NCBI RefSeq assembly: GCF_006345805.1
Contig: NC_043002.1
Location: 8,804,001-8,868,000, forward strand
Length of the DNA: 64,000 bases
Reading direction: 5' to 3'
DNA from: Octopus sinensis
Lineage: Eukaryota
Shown piece after piece: positions 37,438 to 49,829 of this stretch (position 1 is the stretch's first letter; each line of letters begins with the position of its first letter). A program made the position numbers and the translations under genes. The notes under the pieces are model-generated. The model was not told where the DNA came from. It worked only from the letters and a program-made list of their open reading frames with translations, and searched no databases.

Positions 37438-37788
37438 AAGGCGGCGAACTGGTAGAAATGCTTAGCAGTATTTCGTCTGTCATCCTTTCGGGGTCGATAA
37501 ATTAAGTACCAGTTACGCACTGGGGTCGATGTAATCGACTTAATACCTATGTCTGTCCTTGTTTGTCCCCTCTGTGTTTAGCCCCTTGTGGGTAATAAAG
37601 AAATAGGTATTTCGTCTGTCGTTACGTTCTGAGTTCAAATTCCGTCGAGGTCCACTTTGCCTTTCATTCTTTCGGGGTCGATAAATAAAGTACCAGTTTT
37701 GCACTGGTGTCGATCTAATCGACTTAATCCGTTTGTCTGTCCTTGTATGTCCCCTCAATGTTTAGCACCTTGTGGGTAGTAAAGAAAC
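37438..37788 (+). mobile_element. SINE family A dimer (first unit internally deleted) with a single 19-bp TSD
   Basis: ATATATAATAGTTCA(G/A)TGG at 37419-37437 and 37789-37807. Confidence 0.88.
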
Positions 37789-38179
37789 ATATATAATAGT
37801 TCAATGGTCTCTGTATATTTATGTAGCCAGGTTCAATGACGGAGGCCCAGTGTTCGAACCCTGCATGTGTGCGGTGAAGCGTTGCCAATGAAGAAATTTA
37901 GAGGTGTTGAGAGGAAGAAGCTAAAAGAAAATTAAGTTTTGTGGCACTTACTTGACTCGTCATTATTTTCATTTGCTCTCAGCTGTTAATTCCATTCCGT
38001 TGTAGAGGAATTATGATGACTCTGGACCAAAACAATCAACTATTTCCTACGTTGCGGTTTTTGTGTTCGTTTGTCGTGGGTTTTTTTGGTTATCTATGCA
38101 ACTTGTATTCGAGATGGTGTATCGCTAGAGTACATGGTGATTAGTGGACAAGGGGACGGGGACAGTAAGATAAACAAGG

Positions 38180-38180
38180 A

Positions 38181-38215
<35 letters not shown>

Positions 38216-38462
38216 TGTGTGTGTGTGTGTGTGTCTGTGTGTGTGTGTCTGTGCGTGCGTGTGTCTGTGTGCGCGTGTGTGTGTATCTGTGCGCGTGCGT
38301 GTGTGTCTGTGCGCGCGTGTGTGTGTCTGTGCGTGCGTGTGTCTGTGCGCGTGTGTGTGTCTGTGCGTGTGTGTATGTGTGTGTGTGTGCGTGTGTTTGT
38401 GTCTGTGCGTGCGTGTGTGTGTGTGTGTGTGTTGTGTGTGTGTGTGTGTCTGTGTGTGTGTG
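38180..38462. repeat. (GA)n plus compound (GT)/(GTGTCT)/(GC) microsatellite
   Basis: Direct reading. Confidence 0.95.
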
Positions 38463-38626
38463 AAAGATGGAGGTACAGAGATGGATAAGGAGAGGGGAAA
38501 AAGCTAGAAACAAATACGCGAAATGGAAGGTATACAGACAGAGATGAATTAAAGAAAGCGGGCGGCTCAGTTTGGTGAGTGTTGATTTTAATCCAGAGCC
38601 ACTTCAATAATGGCGTTGGAGAAGTT

Positions 38627-38632
38627 TTGGTG

Positions 38633-38679
<47 letters not shown>

Positions 38680-38710
38680 GGTGGTGGTGGTGGTGGTGGA
38701 GGTGGTAGTG
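38627..38710. repeat. (GGT)n/(AGT)n trinucleotide tract
   Basis: Direct reading. Confidence 0.95.
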
Positions 38711-38856
38711 GTCTGCTGCTGCTGTTAGTGTTGGTGGTGGAGTGGAACAATGTGATGGAAGAATTCGGTAGTGCTCTTGCTCTTTCGGTTACGAAAACAC
38801 CAAATATTCGTAGCATAGAAATGTAAATCGGTGAATTCTTGTGTTGACGGAAGGAG

Positions 38857-38895
<39 letters not shown>

Positions 38896-39022
38896 GATGA
38901 GAGAGAGAGGGAAGAAGGAGAAAAATGGAATTAGAAAAATAGCAACATCACAATTACACGCGCACAGACACACATAGGCATGCACTGACACGCACGAACA
39001 GGTATAAGGTATAAAGAGAGAC

Positions 39023-39476
39023 TAAGGCGGGCGAGCTGGTAGAAACGTTAACACGCCGGGCGAAATGCGTAGCCGTATTTCGTCTGCCGCTACGTTCTGA
39101 GTTCAAATTCCGCCGAGGTCGACTTTGCCTTTCATCCTTTCAGGGTCGATAAATAAAGTACCAGTTACGCACTGGGGTCGATGTAATCGACTTAATCTCT
39201 TTGACTGCCCTTGTTTGTCCCCTCTGTGTTTAGCCCCTTGTGGGTAGTAAAGAAATAGGTATTTCGTCTGTCGTTACGTTCTGAGTTCTAATTCCGCCGA
39301 GGTCGACTTTGCCTTTCGTGTTTTCGGGGTCTTATTTCTTTGTCCTTGGAATTACCCTTTCGGGGTCGATTAAATAAGTACCAGTTACGCACTGGAGTCG
39401 ATATAATCGACTTAATCCGTTTGTCTGTCCTTGTTTGTCCCCTCTGTGTTTAGCCCCTTGTGGGTAGTAAAGAAAT
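39023..39476 (+). mobile_element. SINE family A multimer (full, partial and 3' unit) with a single 23-bp TSD
   Basis: AGGTATAAGGTATAAAGAGAGAC at 39000-39022 and 39477-39499. Confidence 0.9.
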
Positions 39477-39878
39477 AGGTATAAGGTATAAAGAGAGACC
39501 GGAACTTTAGTATGCTGGGCTGAAGGGATGGGCATAAAGAGGAGGGCAGATGGGGAGGAAATGGGGATGGAATCGGCAGGAGCGAGAAATAAAAAGAATA
39601 GATTATCTGTTGGTCATAATTACCGGGGATTATGTAGGAATATATTTAGGAAATAGGGGAAACGAACAAAGTAGAGAAAGGGAGTTAGAGGGAAAATAGG
39701 TGAAGAGATGAAAAAGAAAAGACAGGGAGATTTCGTGGGTGGGGGTGAAGTGAGGAGAGGACAAAGAGGGGTTTTGCGTAGAAGGCAGCATAAGGAAGTG
39801 GATACAGCAATATTATTTTCGTCAAACCAACGAGCTTTTTGCGTAACCACCAGAATTGGTAGAAATAATAGCCAAGTC

Positions 39879-40303
39879 GGATCTTTTCGGTTTGAAAGCA
39901 GTTTTTTTTTTAATAATTTCCATGTAACTAAACGCTTTTAAACTTCGCATACTTGAAGAATGTGCTTATAAAACATATTTTTCTCTTGGCTTTATTGAGA
40001 AAATTCTATAGTTTGTAAGATATTTGTTGTTTTTTTTCTTCAATTTCTGAAATTTCAACCAATCAATGACGTCTATTGAGGTGAAAACATTCTGTGCCGT
40101 ATGAATATGTTCCTCGTTTAAGAAACAGACTGCGTTTATTTACATTTCTGAAGAAAAAAGATACCCTTCCCCCACCCCTAACCCTAACTAACCCTAACCC
40201 TAAAACATTGAAATGCAATAGATCGATACTAGGGTCATAATTATGGGTGACAATTTCATATGATACCGCTGGAAAAAAACTGCCGTTCAAACCGAAAAGA
40301 TCC
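39879..40303 (+). mobile_element. GGATC-ended MITE with perfect 8-bp TSD GCCAAGTC
   Basis: TSD at 39871-39878 and 40304-40311. Confidence 0.93.
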
Positions 40304-40499
40304 GCCAAGTCTTTTTCAAATTACAAATACTACCGTTTTTAGAAATTAGAGTAAGGCACGGGACAGGGTTGAACCGAACGAATTTTCTTAAGTTCTTTCT
40401 CGATTAGCAATGATCTGGGTTTAAACAATGACAAATATAGGTAATTACCTATTTGGCATTCATAAATTCAAAGTGAGCCAAAAAGTTTATTTCAGTAAA

Positions 40500-41062
40500 A
40501 CATTTCATAATTATAAGCGAACAGCGAGTAAAAAGTGAAGGAAAACTTTGGACCTTGCGAAAGGAGAGGTGATGAATGAATGACTCCTTTAATACACTGC
40601 ACGGTCGCTTACAATAAAAGCCAAAATGGATAAATGAATGTGAGTGCCAACAAGAAAAAGAAAGACGACACAACCGTAGAATGTTAAGTGAAAGCTTTTA
40701 TTTAGATGTTAGCAGATGTGTGTGTCTGTGTGTGCGTCATAAGTACATTTATAAGAACAATAATAGACAGGCCGTCAAGCATGCATAATGTGTATGTGTG
40801 TACAAACAAGGGCGTATGCGTGTGAGATAAAATAGAGGGCATAGAAAGAGTCAACCATAGTACTCTAGTTGAATGTTCAGACATAAGATGAAGATAAATA
40901 CCAGTTCGTAGAACGGTACACATTAGTTGAAGTTCTGTAACAAGAAGTTGAGGCGTAAAAAGCTGAGCCGGTCGAAAGCACATGTCGTGTAAGCCAGTTC
41001 CAGCGACAACAGCAATATTCCGGACCTCCACCTCCGTCGCCTTCATCTTATCGACGCCAACA
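40500..41062 (-). mobile_element. Possible solo LTR
   Basis: Minus strand starts TGTTGG and contains AATAAA (~40700); the 3' end and TSD are undefined. Confidence 0.25.
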
Positions 41063-41699
41063 TTCGCCCAGGTTTAACTTCTCACTGTTTGTGAATACTT
41101 CACCATGGTTAACAGTAAGCTCAACCTACTAGAACATTCTGTACAAAGTAACTCAGCAGTGGCATTGTAGCAACAACTGGTCTGTGGTCAGTGGTCTAGA
41201 ACCAAAGACGCTCGACTCGATGAATCGCTGTGTTTTATGGCAAATTATAGGCTCAAACAGAGCTTTAGAAAAACTGTGTCACGGGACTCTATCAGAAGGC
41301 TGCGATTGGTTGGGTTGCACATTGGCGCGTAATACAGCAAGAGACAAATATCAGTATGGCATTTTCTTTTATTTGAAACTTCACCTTCATTTTGGTGCAC
41401 AGACTTAATTTATCAGACAGAACTTCAGGAAAAATATTAAAGAATTATTTTCTCAGTTCGTCTCAGGACTTATTTTTACTGGGGGAGAAAACCATTCACA
41501 TTTTCGCAGGAAAGATTTATGGGGAGGTCCCATGAGTTAAATAATTCCATCCAGTCCGTTCCGAATAAATTTGACGTATTATCTAACAAAAACTTTGGTT
41601 TTTAGGGTTTTTTCACGAAATGTAATGTCACTTATCAATTCGCCCTTAAAATATATTTTTTTACTGAAAAACCACTGGGAATTTTCGCAGTTTATTTTA

Positions 41700-43279
41700 A
41701 CCTAGGTCTCCCGATTTTTTTCCATGTATCTATTAATTATTGAGATATCGCTGCCCATATCCAATTGTACCTCTACGTTTGCGTTATTAATTTTTACATA
41801 CACAAACTTCCTTTGAGGTTCGTTCGTATTTCTTGTGACCTTCGTGGTACAGTTACAACAGCAACAGCAGCAATTGTAACAACAGCAACTACAGTGGAGG
41901 CGCAATGGCTCAAGGGTTAGGGCACGTGATCTTTTCTATTGAACCGCCCTTTAGACCTATTTTACCACACTTGAAGCATTTTATATTTTTAAATGGACAG
42001 TTACTTTTAAAATGTAGACCACTTCACCCATAACATGATTCGGTCTTTGTATTTTTTCTATTTTTTCTTATTCGTTACCGGTTGACACGCTTGAACATGA
42101 GAGCAATCTTTCGCTTCAATTTTATCTGCATCATGATATAAATTTATAATCCTCTGACATTCTTCTGCTACTGTCTGCAGAGTAACATTTTGGTCTTGTT
42201 CTATTTTTCTTAATATCCGGGAACGTATATCTGCATCTTTGCTAGCAGTAAGCGTTTGAACAAAAACTAAAAACTGATCATGCCCGGGTCAACTAATTCA
42301 ATTTGAATTTCTCACACTCTCTGTTAACTCTGTTAACATAGGTGACGAAATCTTCATCTTTTTTGACCAAATTTAAACATTGCCAGCCAGTTTTGAACAG
42401 GGAACTTCTTTCGCTGAAAATTTTCAATAAGAAATTGTTCTGTTGAAACAAATCTCACCTGGTTTCTTCGGCAGAATATGGTGTTCTTAAGAGTAGTCGT
42501 CATTTTTCTCGTGAGACCAACTTTTATACACTTCTTTGAAGATTTCTTCGTATTTTCGAAAATATGCTGAGAAAGTAATCCCTTCTAGATTATAGCTAAA
42601 TTTTTCAAACTGAGTTTGCTACGCTGTGTGGCGAGTTCGAATCTGAAGTATTCTCAGACTTCTTCAACGATAATTCCAGCAACGGTTGGTTTTGTTATTG
42701 TTATTGTTGTTGTAGTTGCTGCTGCTGCAACTGCAGTTACTGTAGTTGCTGTTTCTGTTGCTGTTGAGCGAAGCGGTCTTCGTCCAGTGGGAGAAGTCCG
42801 AAACGTGGTCCTTTGCTATTCGTAAGACTCGCAGAAGAGAAAGCAGGTCAGCCCCCGACACCGAGAGCATCGACGGATGGCTGAATGCGCATCCAGGCTC
42901 AGCAGTTGCGTAGGAAGTCGGGGTCAAGAAACAGGAAGAAAGAGTGAGAGAAAGTTGGGGCGAAAGAGTACAACAGGGGTCTCCACCAGCCCCTGCCGGA
43001 GCCTCGTGGTGCTTTAGGTGTTTTCACTCAATAAACACACACAACGCCCGATCTGGGAATCGAAACCACGATCCTCCGACCGCGAGTCCGCTGCCCTAAC
43101 CCTTGAGCCATTGCGCCTCCACTGTAGTTGCTGTTGTTACAATTGCTGCTGTTGCTGTTGTAACTGTACCACGAAGGCCAATAAATCTTCCATGTTAGAA
43201 CGATTTTTTCTTTAGATTCGTACCAAAAAAAAAAAATTCAAACGTCCAACGCAAGCTTCGGATCTCATCCTCGTCACCA
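41700..43279 (-). mobile_element. Degenerate Gypsy (K02A2.6-like) internal region: PBS, gag with zinc knuckle, protease fragment
   Basis: PBS-like TGGTGACGAGGAT (43279-43267); gag ILPKKP..CLNLVKKDEDFVTYVNRVNRECEKF..DADIRSRILRKIEQDQNVTLQTVAEECQR; knuckle-like KSNCPFKNIKCFKCGK; protease VKINNANVEVQLDMGSDISIIN. Confidence 0.85.
42754..43120 (-). mobile_element. SINE family C, tail type 2, inserted in the Gypsy 5' region; 15-bp TSD ACTGTAGTTGCTGTT
   Basis: Same tRNA head as 3365-3749; TSD at 42739-42753 and 43121-43135. Confidence 0.88.
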
Positions 43280-44202
43280 CTTTTATATTCTGGCGTTGCA
43301 TAAGTAATTTAACGAAGCAGATGGGGAACGAAAGTATTTAGACGACGCACAACTATTACACGAGGCTCAACGCTCTCTGCCAACGGCTCACAGTGAACTG
43401 CTTACCAGTCCGAATTGCCAATCGCTCACAGTTTTTTTATTTTATAACGAGTCAGTCCAACTTTAGTTACTTGGTGGGGGAAGTCGGAATCCTCCTACAA
43501 CACTAAACAAAATGGAAACGGTCTTGCACAAACACATCGTCAACTGAAGAAAGGTGTTCTGCTATTCTTTTTTAAGTGCACTTAACAAAGAATAGCAGAA
43601 CAATATTTCTAAACATGCCAGAGGAAATACAAGATACTATTTTCTTAAAGTGTATTTCATAAAAAATAAACCAGGAAACTGGAGCGAACGGCGCAGACCC
43701 AAAATCTTACCACCCGCGGGAGACGCTTTGGCACAGTCGGGATGAGATTCCCAACTGAGGAAAAAGTCAAAAAAGTGCCACGATAACCCTAAAAAGTGAG
43801 GGATTGTGGCTAATTCCAACATACCCCAGTTGGAAGATGGTTGGTTCAAATGAAGATAGTAACGTCTCTTTGCTGGTGGCAGCTGTATTATATGGAATTG
43901 GGAATACAACAACAATTCTCCAAGTGCACAAAATAGGAAAGGAAAATTGGTCAGGCACAGGAATAGAACTATGAACACTGGCCGATCGGAAAAAAATCAT
44001 AGAGGTCATCCCTGACCTGATCGACTTCCTTTTTAGTACACAGCTTTTCGTAGTAGTCTAAAATAGAAACCGGAGATACCACATTTTTGGTGAGACAAAC
44101 CACTTAAAGGCTTTCTGTCCCATGCAAAGAAAAAGAACCCCACCCTCTGCAGACACCTTTAACACAACAAACTCGGTATGAAAAGCAACAGTAGCAGCAC
44201 CA

Positions 44203-44432
44203 ATTTCTTTACTACCCACAAGGGGCTAAACACAGAGGGGATAAACAAGGACATACAAACGGATCAAGTCGATTACATCGACCCCAGTGCGTAACTGGTA
44301 CTTAATTTATCGACCCCGAAAGAAGAAAGGTAAAGTCGACCTCGGAGGAATTTGAACTCAGAACATAACGGCAGACGAAATACCGCTAAGCATTTCGCCC
44401 GATGTGCTAACGTTTCTGCCAGCTCGCCGCCT
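44203..44432 (-). mobile_element. SINE family A monomer; 12-bp TSD GTAGCAGCACCA
   Basis: TSD at 44191-44202 and 44433-44444. Confidence 0.92.
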
Positions 44433-44559
44433 GTAGCAGCACCACCAACACCAACAGCATCAGTGCCACGAGTAGCAGCATCCAAAATAACAACAGCATC
44501 AACAGAATGAGCAGCAGGAGAGATCCATCCAACAATATCAGCATCATGCACCGGTATCT

Positions 44560-45257
44560 CACCCGAGAGAAAATCATTATATCACTTGCACCATCGCAAC
44601 CGAGATGCTTGCCCACATCAGTCGACTCGACCATTTTCTCGGACGAGTCATCTTTTACCTTATTTCCGACCACCAGCCAAATATACGAAGCATTTGACCC
44701 AGACTGCCTTCTCCCGACTGTTAAACATGGAAGACGATCTGTGATGATCTCGGTGCTGGCTATATCTTGGCAATCCGCTGGCCCAATGGTTTCCCTTAAT
44801 GGCAGAATTAATAGTCAAGACTATTTAAGCATGTTATCTGATCCAATTCATCCTATGGTTGTGGAACTGTTTCCGGAGTGAAACGCAATCTTTCAGGATG
44901 ATAATGCACCAATTCACACAGCTAAAGTTGTCACTGAATAGCACGAGGAACATTCTAGTGAAGTTGAACATCTTATCTGGCCACCACAGTCCCCATATCT
45001 CAATATTATTGATCGTTTATGGTGCATTTTAGAAAAACAAGTTCGGAGTCGATATCCTCCACAATCATCATTAAAAGAACTGGAGACTGTTTTAGGCGAA
45101 GAATGGACAAAAATTCCTTTGGAAACAATTCAAACTTTGTACGACTCCATACCTCGTAGAATTCAAGCTGTAAATACTGCCAAAGTCAGTCTTACTCCAT
45201 ATTAAAATAAATTTGTTTGAAATTTTAAAGTGTTTTCATTATTTTGTCCAACCTCTG
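44560..45257 (+). mobile_element. Tc1-family transposon 3' half (DD34E-type transposase pseudogene plus right TIR)
   Basis: IFSDESSF...IFQDDNAPIHTAK...WPPQSPYLNIIDRLW...IPRRIQAV; stops; TIR-like ATTTTGTCCAACCTCTG. Confidence 0.9.
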
Positions 45258-45724
45258 TGTGTGTGTGTGTATGCGTGTGTGTTTTTAGATTTAGTTGAGT
45301 TTCATTAATTTAGTATTGTGTGATTTTTCCACGACCCTCTTTCATTTGACCAAGATATTTTAAATTTTGCTGCATTTCTGATCTTTCCGACGTCCAAGGA
45401 AAGACGTCTATGTGTATAATTCTTTTCAACTTTAATTCTGGAGAACTGGAAGGCCATAGTAGCTTTGTCTTGTCTTACCCATTTTGCCCCGCCTAAATTT
45501 GTCTTCTATATGCTCAATGAGAACAAGGATAATTTTCTGAACTAGTGTTCTGAATAGGTTTTACTGCGTTTCTAGAAGGTCTTTACTTTGCTCATTTAGT
45601 TTTGGCAAGGTCGTGAACTAGAAAAGCGGACTTTCAGAAATAGCTGTTTGAATTTCCACGTTTTTATCGGTGTTTATTTCTCTATAACTTCTGGAGGAGT
45701 TACCTCAGTCCTATATAATCTTTA

Positions 45725-46920
45725 AAAAAATGAAGTAGAGTGACAAGTAATTTTTGAACCTGTGAAAGGCACGCTAGATGCCGAAATATCGTTCAACCAA
45801 TTTCTCGACCAAAACAAGGCTTCAGGGTGACCTTCACAAAGGACTCAGCCGAAAGTCAGAACGGTACTACACACGACAGCAGGTGTTTAACACAAGCCTA
45901 CAAGTCAGCAATGCTATGGCACAGGATAAGTACGTGCAGAAGTTTCGTCGCTCTGCGCGCATTTCGGGCAAGCCCTAATGATGGCATTTCTATGCCTGTA
46001 GACTTTATCTCAAACCGGCAGTTCCCCCTGGTAGCACAGCGAGGCCAGTGACTTCTGGAAATTATTCATGGGCCCCGGTCCAAAAGTCTTCCATTACAGA
46101 CCAGTCAGTTGATTCTCATCGACTCCAAGACTCTTCTTGTGAATATTGTTACCTCTGCCCACCTCGAAACTATAGAAGGCCGAGTGGAATTTCCACCAAT
46201 CGCATTGCCCGACTGGCAGTGGACTGTGAGTTTCTGATAGCATTTTAGGAGCCAGGCGTCATACCTTGGTCTATGCTTTATCCAAGATTGCAAACCAGTC
46301 AGAGAGACGAGCTGCGAAAAGGTGAGTCTGACCAACAGTAACCTGACCTGTTTATCGCTAAGAAAACGACGCTGAAGTTGTCGTAGCGTCAGCGCATTTC
46401 TCGCATCGTTAGCTACGGCATACCAAGTCCTCCACTCAGCAAGTGTTAGCAGCAAATGGAGCGCCTGAGCAGCAGAACGTTCTCTTCTTCAGAATGCGGA
46501 AGGGTAAGCACGCTCCAGTCTGGTCAGACGTGAACTGGGGCAAGGCACGAAGGTCAAGCGGTAATCGATGACGGAGATGATATGCGCGTTCACCACCTCT
46601 GCTCGACCCTTCATTAAAGGCTTTCTCTCTGCCCATTTCTGATGAGGTTGGTTACCCTGCTCGTCACCTTCTCGCAGTTCTTGTTCATCTGCAAGTCTGG
46701 CCAAAACCAGACCCCTAGCAATTTAACTGGTTCGTCCATCCAGCGTCCCATGACGCTACTGAACGACACAAATCAGGCTTTTCAAATGCCGTACTGACTT
46801 TCTTTGGTTGGTTTTTGTTTGTCACCACCTCGCATTCCTTTAGAAGAGCGCCGATCAGGTGTGTGTGCCTGGCGGCTGACACTTTAAGGTATCGCCATCC
46901 ATGCATCCCGACACTGTTCT
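45725..46920 (-). mobile_element. L1/Tx1-clade LINE ORF2 C-terminal fragment, degenerate
   Basis: WMDEPVKLLGVWF, KWAERK..KGRAEVVNAHIISVIDYRLTFVPCPSSRLTRLER. Confidence 0.75.
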
Positions 46921-46929
46921 TGTAGAGCC

Positions 46930-48860
46930 TAGTTCACGTGGGGAGCTCTTTCACGTCCCCAGAAGTAGCCCTGGGGCTCTGGTTTCAGGGTTTGAGGAGT
47001 GTGGAACCACCTCTTAGCCACTGTTGTTCCCAGGTCTGCTCTTGCCCGGAGTGGTAGCAGCTGTAAGGGCCCCAGCTATGGGTTAACTAGCAAACCCCAC
47101 CTGCGACTGGGCGGGGAGCGGGAGAATGCAGTCGCCGTACTCCCTGCGTGCCGTAAGGGGAAGGAGCGAGGGGACTGGGAACCCTCTCCTAGTAAATCCA
47201 TGTTCCTAAAAAGACGGCAAGAAAAAGACAAGGGGTGGAAGAAGGTTAACACCAAATCTTATCCTAGTATTAAGGTCAGGTAATGTTCGTGGGTGTAGTA
47301 CAGGTGAGATAAAGAGGAGAGAGATAGGGAGTGTGATGATGAGAAGGATGGATGCGCTGGCACTGAACGAGACTAATATGAAAGGTCAGGGTAAGTTTGG
47401 GGATGTGACTGGACGAGTGTTGGGAGGGGGAGGGCTCACGAGGGTGTGGGATTGCTGGTGAGTGAGCGTGTGAAGAAGAGTCTGGTGGATTGGAGGGAAG
47501 TGTCTTCAAGATTAATGCGGGTTAAGATGAGGTGAGGAGGAGAGATGTGGGTGTGGCTTTTAGTGCATATGGTCCAGGGAGTGAAAAGGAGTGTGGAAGA
47601 AGTAGAGGAGTTCTGAGGGGAACTGAAAGAGTGTGTGGGTTGGGTGGGGAAAGGTGGTTATGTGGTGGTGTTGGATGCGCGAGTGGGAAATGAGGAAGAA
47701 GAAAATGTAGGAAAATAGGGAGTTCCTGGTCGGAATGAGAGTGGGAGGGGGTTGTTGGAAATGTGTATGGAGCAGGAATTGGTGGTGGAGAATAGTCTTT
47801 TCGGAAAGTGAGAGAAGAATAAGTTCACGTGGTGGAGGGTAGATGGAGGAACAGCAGTGGATAGGACCTTGATGGACAATATATTGATAAAGGCGGCGAG
47901 CTGGCAGAAACGTTAGCGCGCCGGGCGAAATGCTTAGCGGTATTTCGTCTGCCGTTACGTTCTGAGTTCAAATTACGCCGAGGTCGACTTTACCTTTCAT
48001 CCTTTCGGGGTTGATAAATTAAGGACCAGTTACGCATTGGGGTCGATGTAATCGACTTAATCCCTTTGTCTATCCTTGTTCGTCCCCTCTATGTTTAGCC
48101 CCTTGTGGGCTGTACAGAAATATATATATTAATTGATAAGAGAGTGGTAGGAAAGTTGTTGAATGTGCATGTAATGAGAGGTGAAGGTGGAGGAGTGTCA
48201 GATCACTTCTTAGTACAGGGTAAGTGGAAGGTATGAGCAAAATGGAATGGTAGACGAGTGACAGGGAAGAGAGGGGTTGTGAAGGTGAATGAAGTGTATA
48301 GGAGAGAGAAGGAGCAGTCGTATGTAGAGAAACTGAGAGGTGAATGTGAACAGGTTAAGAAACAGGAGGTCAGAGATGTGGCTCAGGTTTGAGAGGCTTT
48401 TAGAGAGGCAGTAATGAGATGTGCCTCTGAGGCATGTGGTACAGAAGTGGTTGGAATGGGTGTTAGGAACGGTAGTGAGTGGTGGAATGCGCAGGTAAGG
48501 GATGCAGTGGCAGAGAAGAAAAGGGCCTTTGGAGAGTGATTGCAGAAAGGGGGTGAAGAGGCTTATGATCGCTACAGAGAAATGAAGAAGAGAGTAAAGA
48601 GAGAGGTGAGGGTGGCGTGTGAAAGGTTCGGGAAAAAGTTGAGCAAAAATTTTGTAAGAAATAAAAAGATGTTTTGGAAAGAGGTATAAAGGGAAAGAAA
48701 GGTGGTTGGAGGAAGGGAAGAAATGGTGAAGGATGTAAATGGAAATCTGTTGAAAGGAAGCGAGGATGTACGAAGGAGATGGACAGAGTATTTTAGTCAG
48801 CTGTTAAATGTGGAGAATGTTAGGGAGACTAGTAGAGTGGTTGTAGGCTTTCTGGTAGGC
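46930..48860 (+). mobile_element. RTE-type LINE 5' portion (5' UTR, AP-endonuclease, linker), degenerate, split by a SINE
   Basis: LALNETNMKG..VDWREVSSRLMRV..AYGPGSE..VVVLDARVGN..GVPGRNESGRGLLEMC..NSLF..KFTW..DHFLV; stops and frameshifts. Confidence 0.8.
47890..48125 (+). mobile_element. SINE family A monomer nested in the RTE
   Basis: Consensus match; ATTGATAA on both sides. Confidence 0.92.
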
Positions 48861-49004
48861 ACTCATACATGTGAAAATTCATTTTCTATATGAGATTCCT
48901 TGATTAAAAACTTGTAATGGCCTATTCGAGGCCGCGATGCTAGGGTTCCCAATGTCATGTAGGAAACGCTCTCTCTCTCTCTTATTTCCTTACAACAGAC
49001 AGAC

Positions 49005-49410
49005 ATTTGGCTGTGTGGTAAGTAGCGTGCTAACCAACCACATGGTTCCGGGTTCAGTCCCACTGCGTGGCATCTTGGGCAAGTGTCTTCTGCTATAGCC
49101 CCGGGCCGACCAATGCCTTGTGAGTGGATTTGGTAGACAGAAACTGAAAGAAGCCTGTCGTATATATGTATATATATATATGCGTATATATGTATGTGTG
49201 TGTGTTTGTGTGTCTGTGTTTGTCCCTCTAGCATTGCTTGACAACCAATGCTGGTGTGTTTACGTCCCCGTCACTTAGCGGTTCGGCAAAAGAGACCGAT
49301 AGAATAAGTACTGGGCTTACAAAGAATAAGTTCCGGGGTCGATTTGCTCAACTAAAGGCGGTGCACCAGCATGGCCGCAGTCAAATGACTGAAACAAGTA
49401 AAGAGAGAGT
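49005..49410 (+). mobile_element. SINE family B
   Basis: Consensus match. Confidence 0.9.
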
Positions 49411-49829
49411 AGTCTTTGAAAACCTCCCGGTCTCCACTTTGTGCTCTGTAAGAAAGTAGTTCGTTCTATCAACACAGTTGCAATTTGTTGTTATTGTGTT
49501 TCAACTTGTGTTTGTTTTCTAGTTTTCTTTTAGTATTTTTGTTGTCTTGTTTGGATATATTTTTTTTGTTGCTGTTAGTGGAGGTGGTCATGGTCATAGT
49601 GCATATGGTGTTGTTTGGGAACAAGAATGTTGATTTGGTGTTGCTTTGTGCTTTGCTTTCCTTCTTTCTTTCTTTTTTTTTTTTTTTACTTTTCCCTTCC
49701 ACCCTCGCCCCATCCACCTAACATGATGTATGATTAGATTCTGCCTCGGATGTTAGGGCATGTTTTCTCTTGTGATCATAGTTTTGTTTTGCGTGTAGGC
49801 ATGGGGTAAACAAGGACAGAAGGAGATAG

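Noticed and set aside
43620-44050. Coding exon or LINE remnant
   Set aside because: Stops in all frames and no motif I can name
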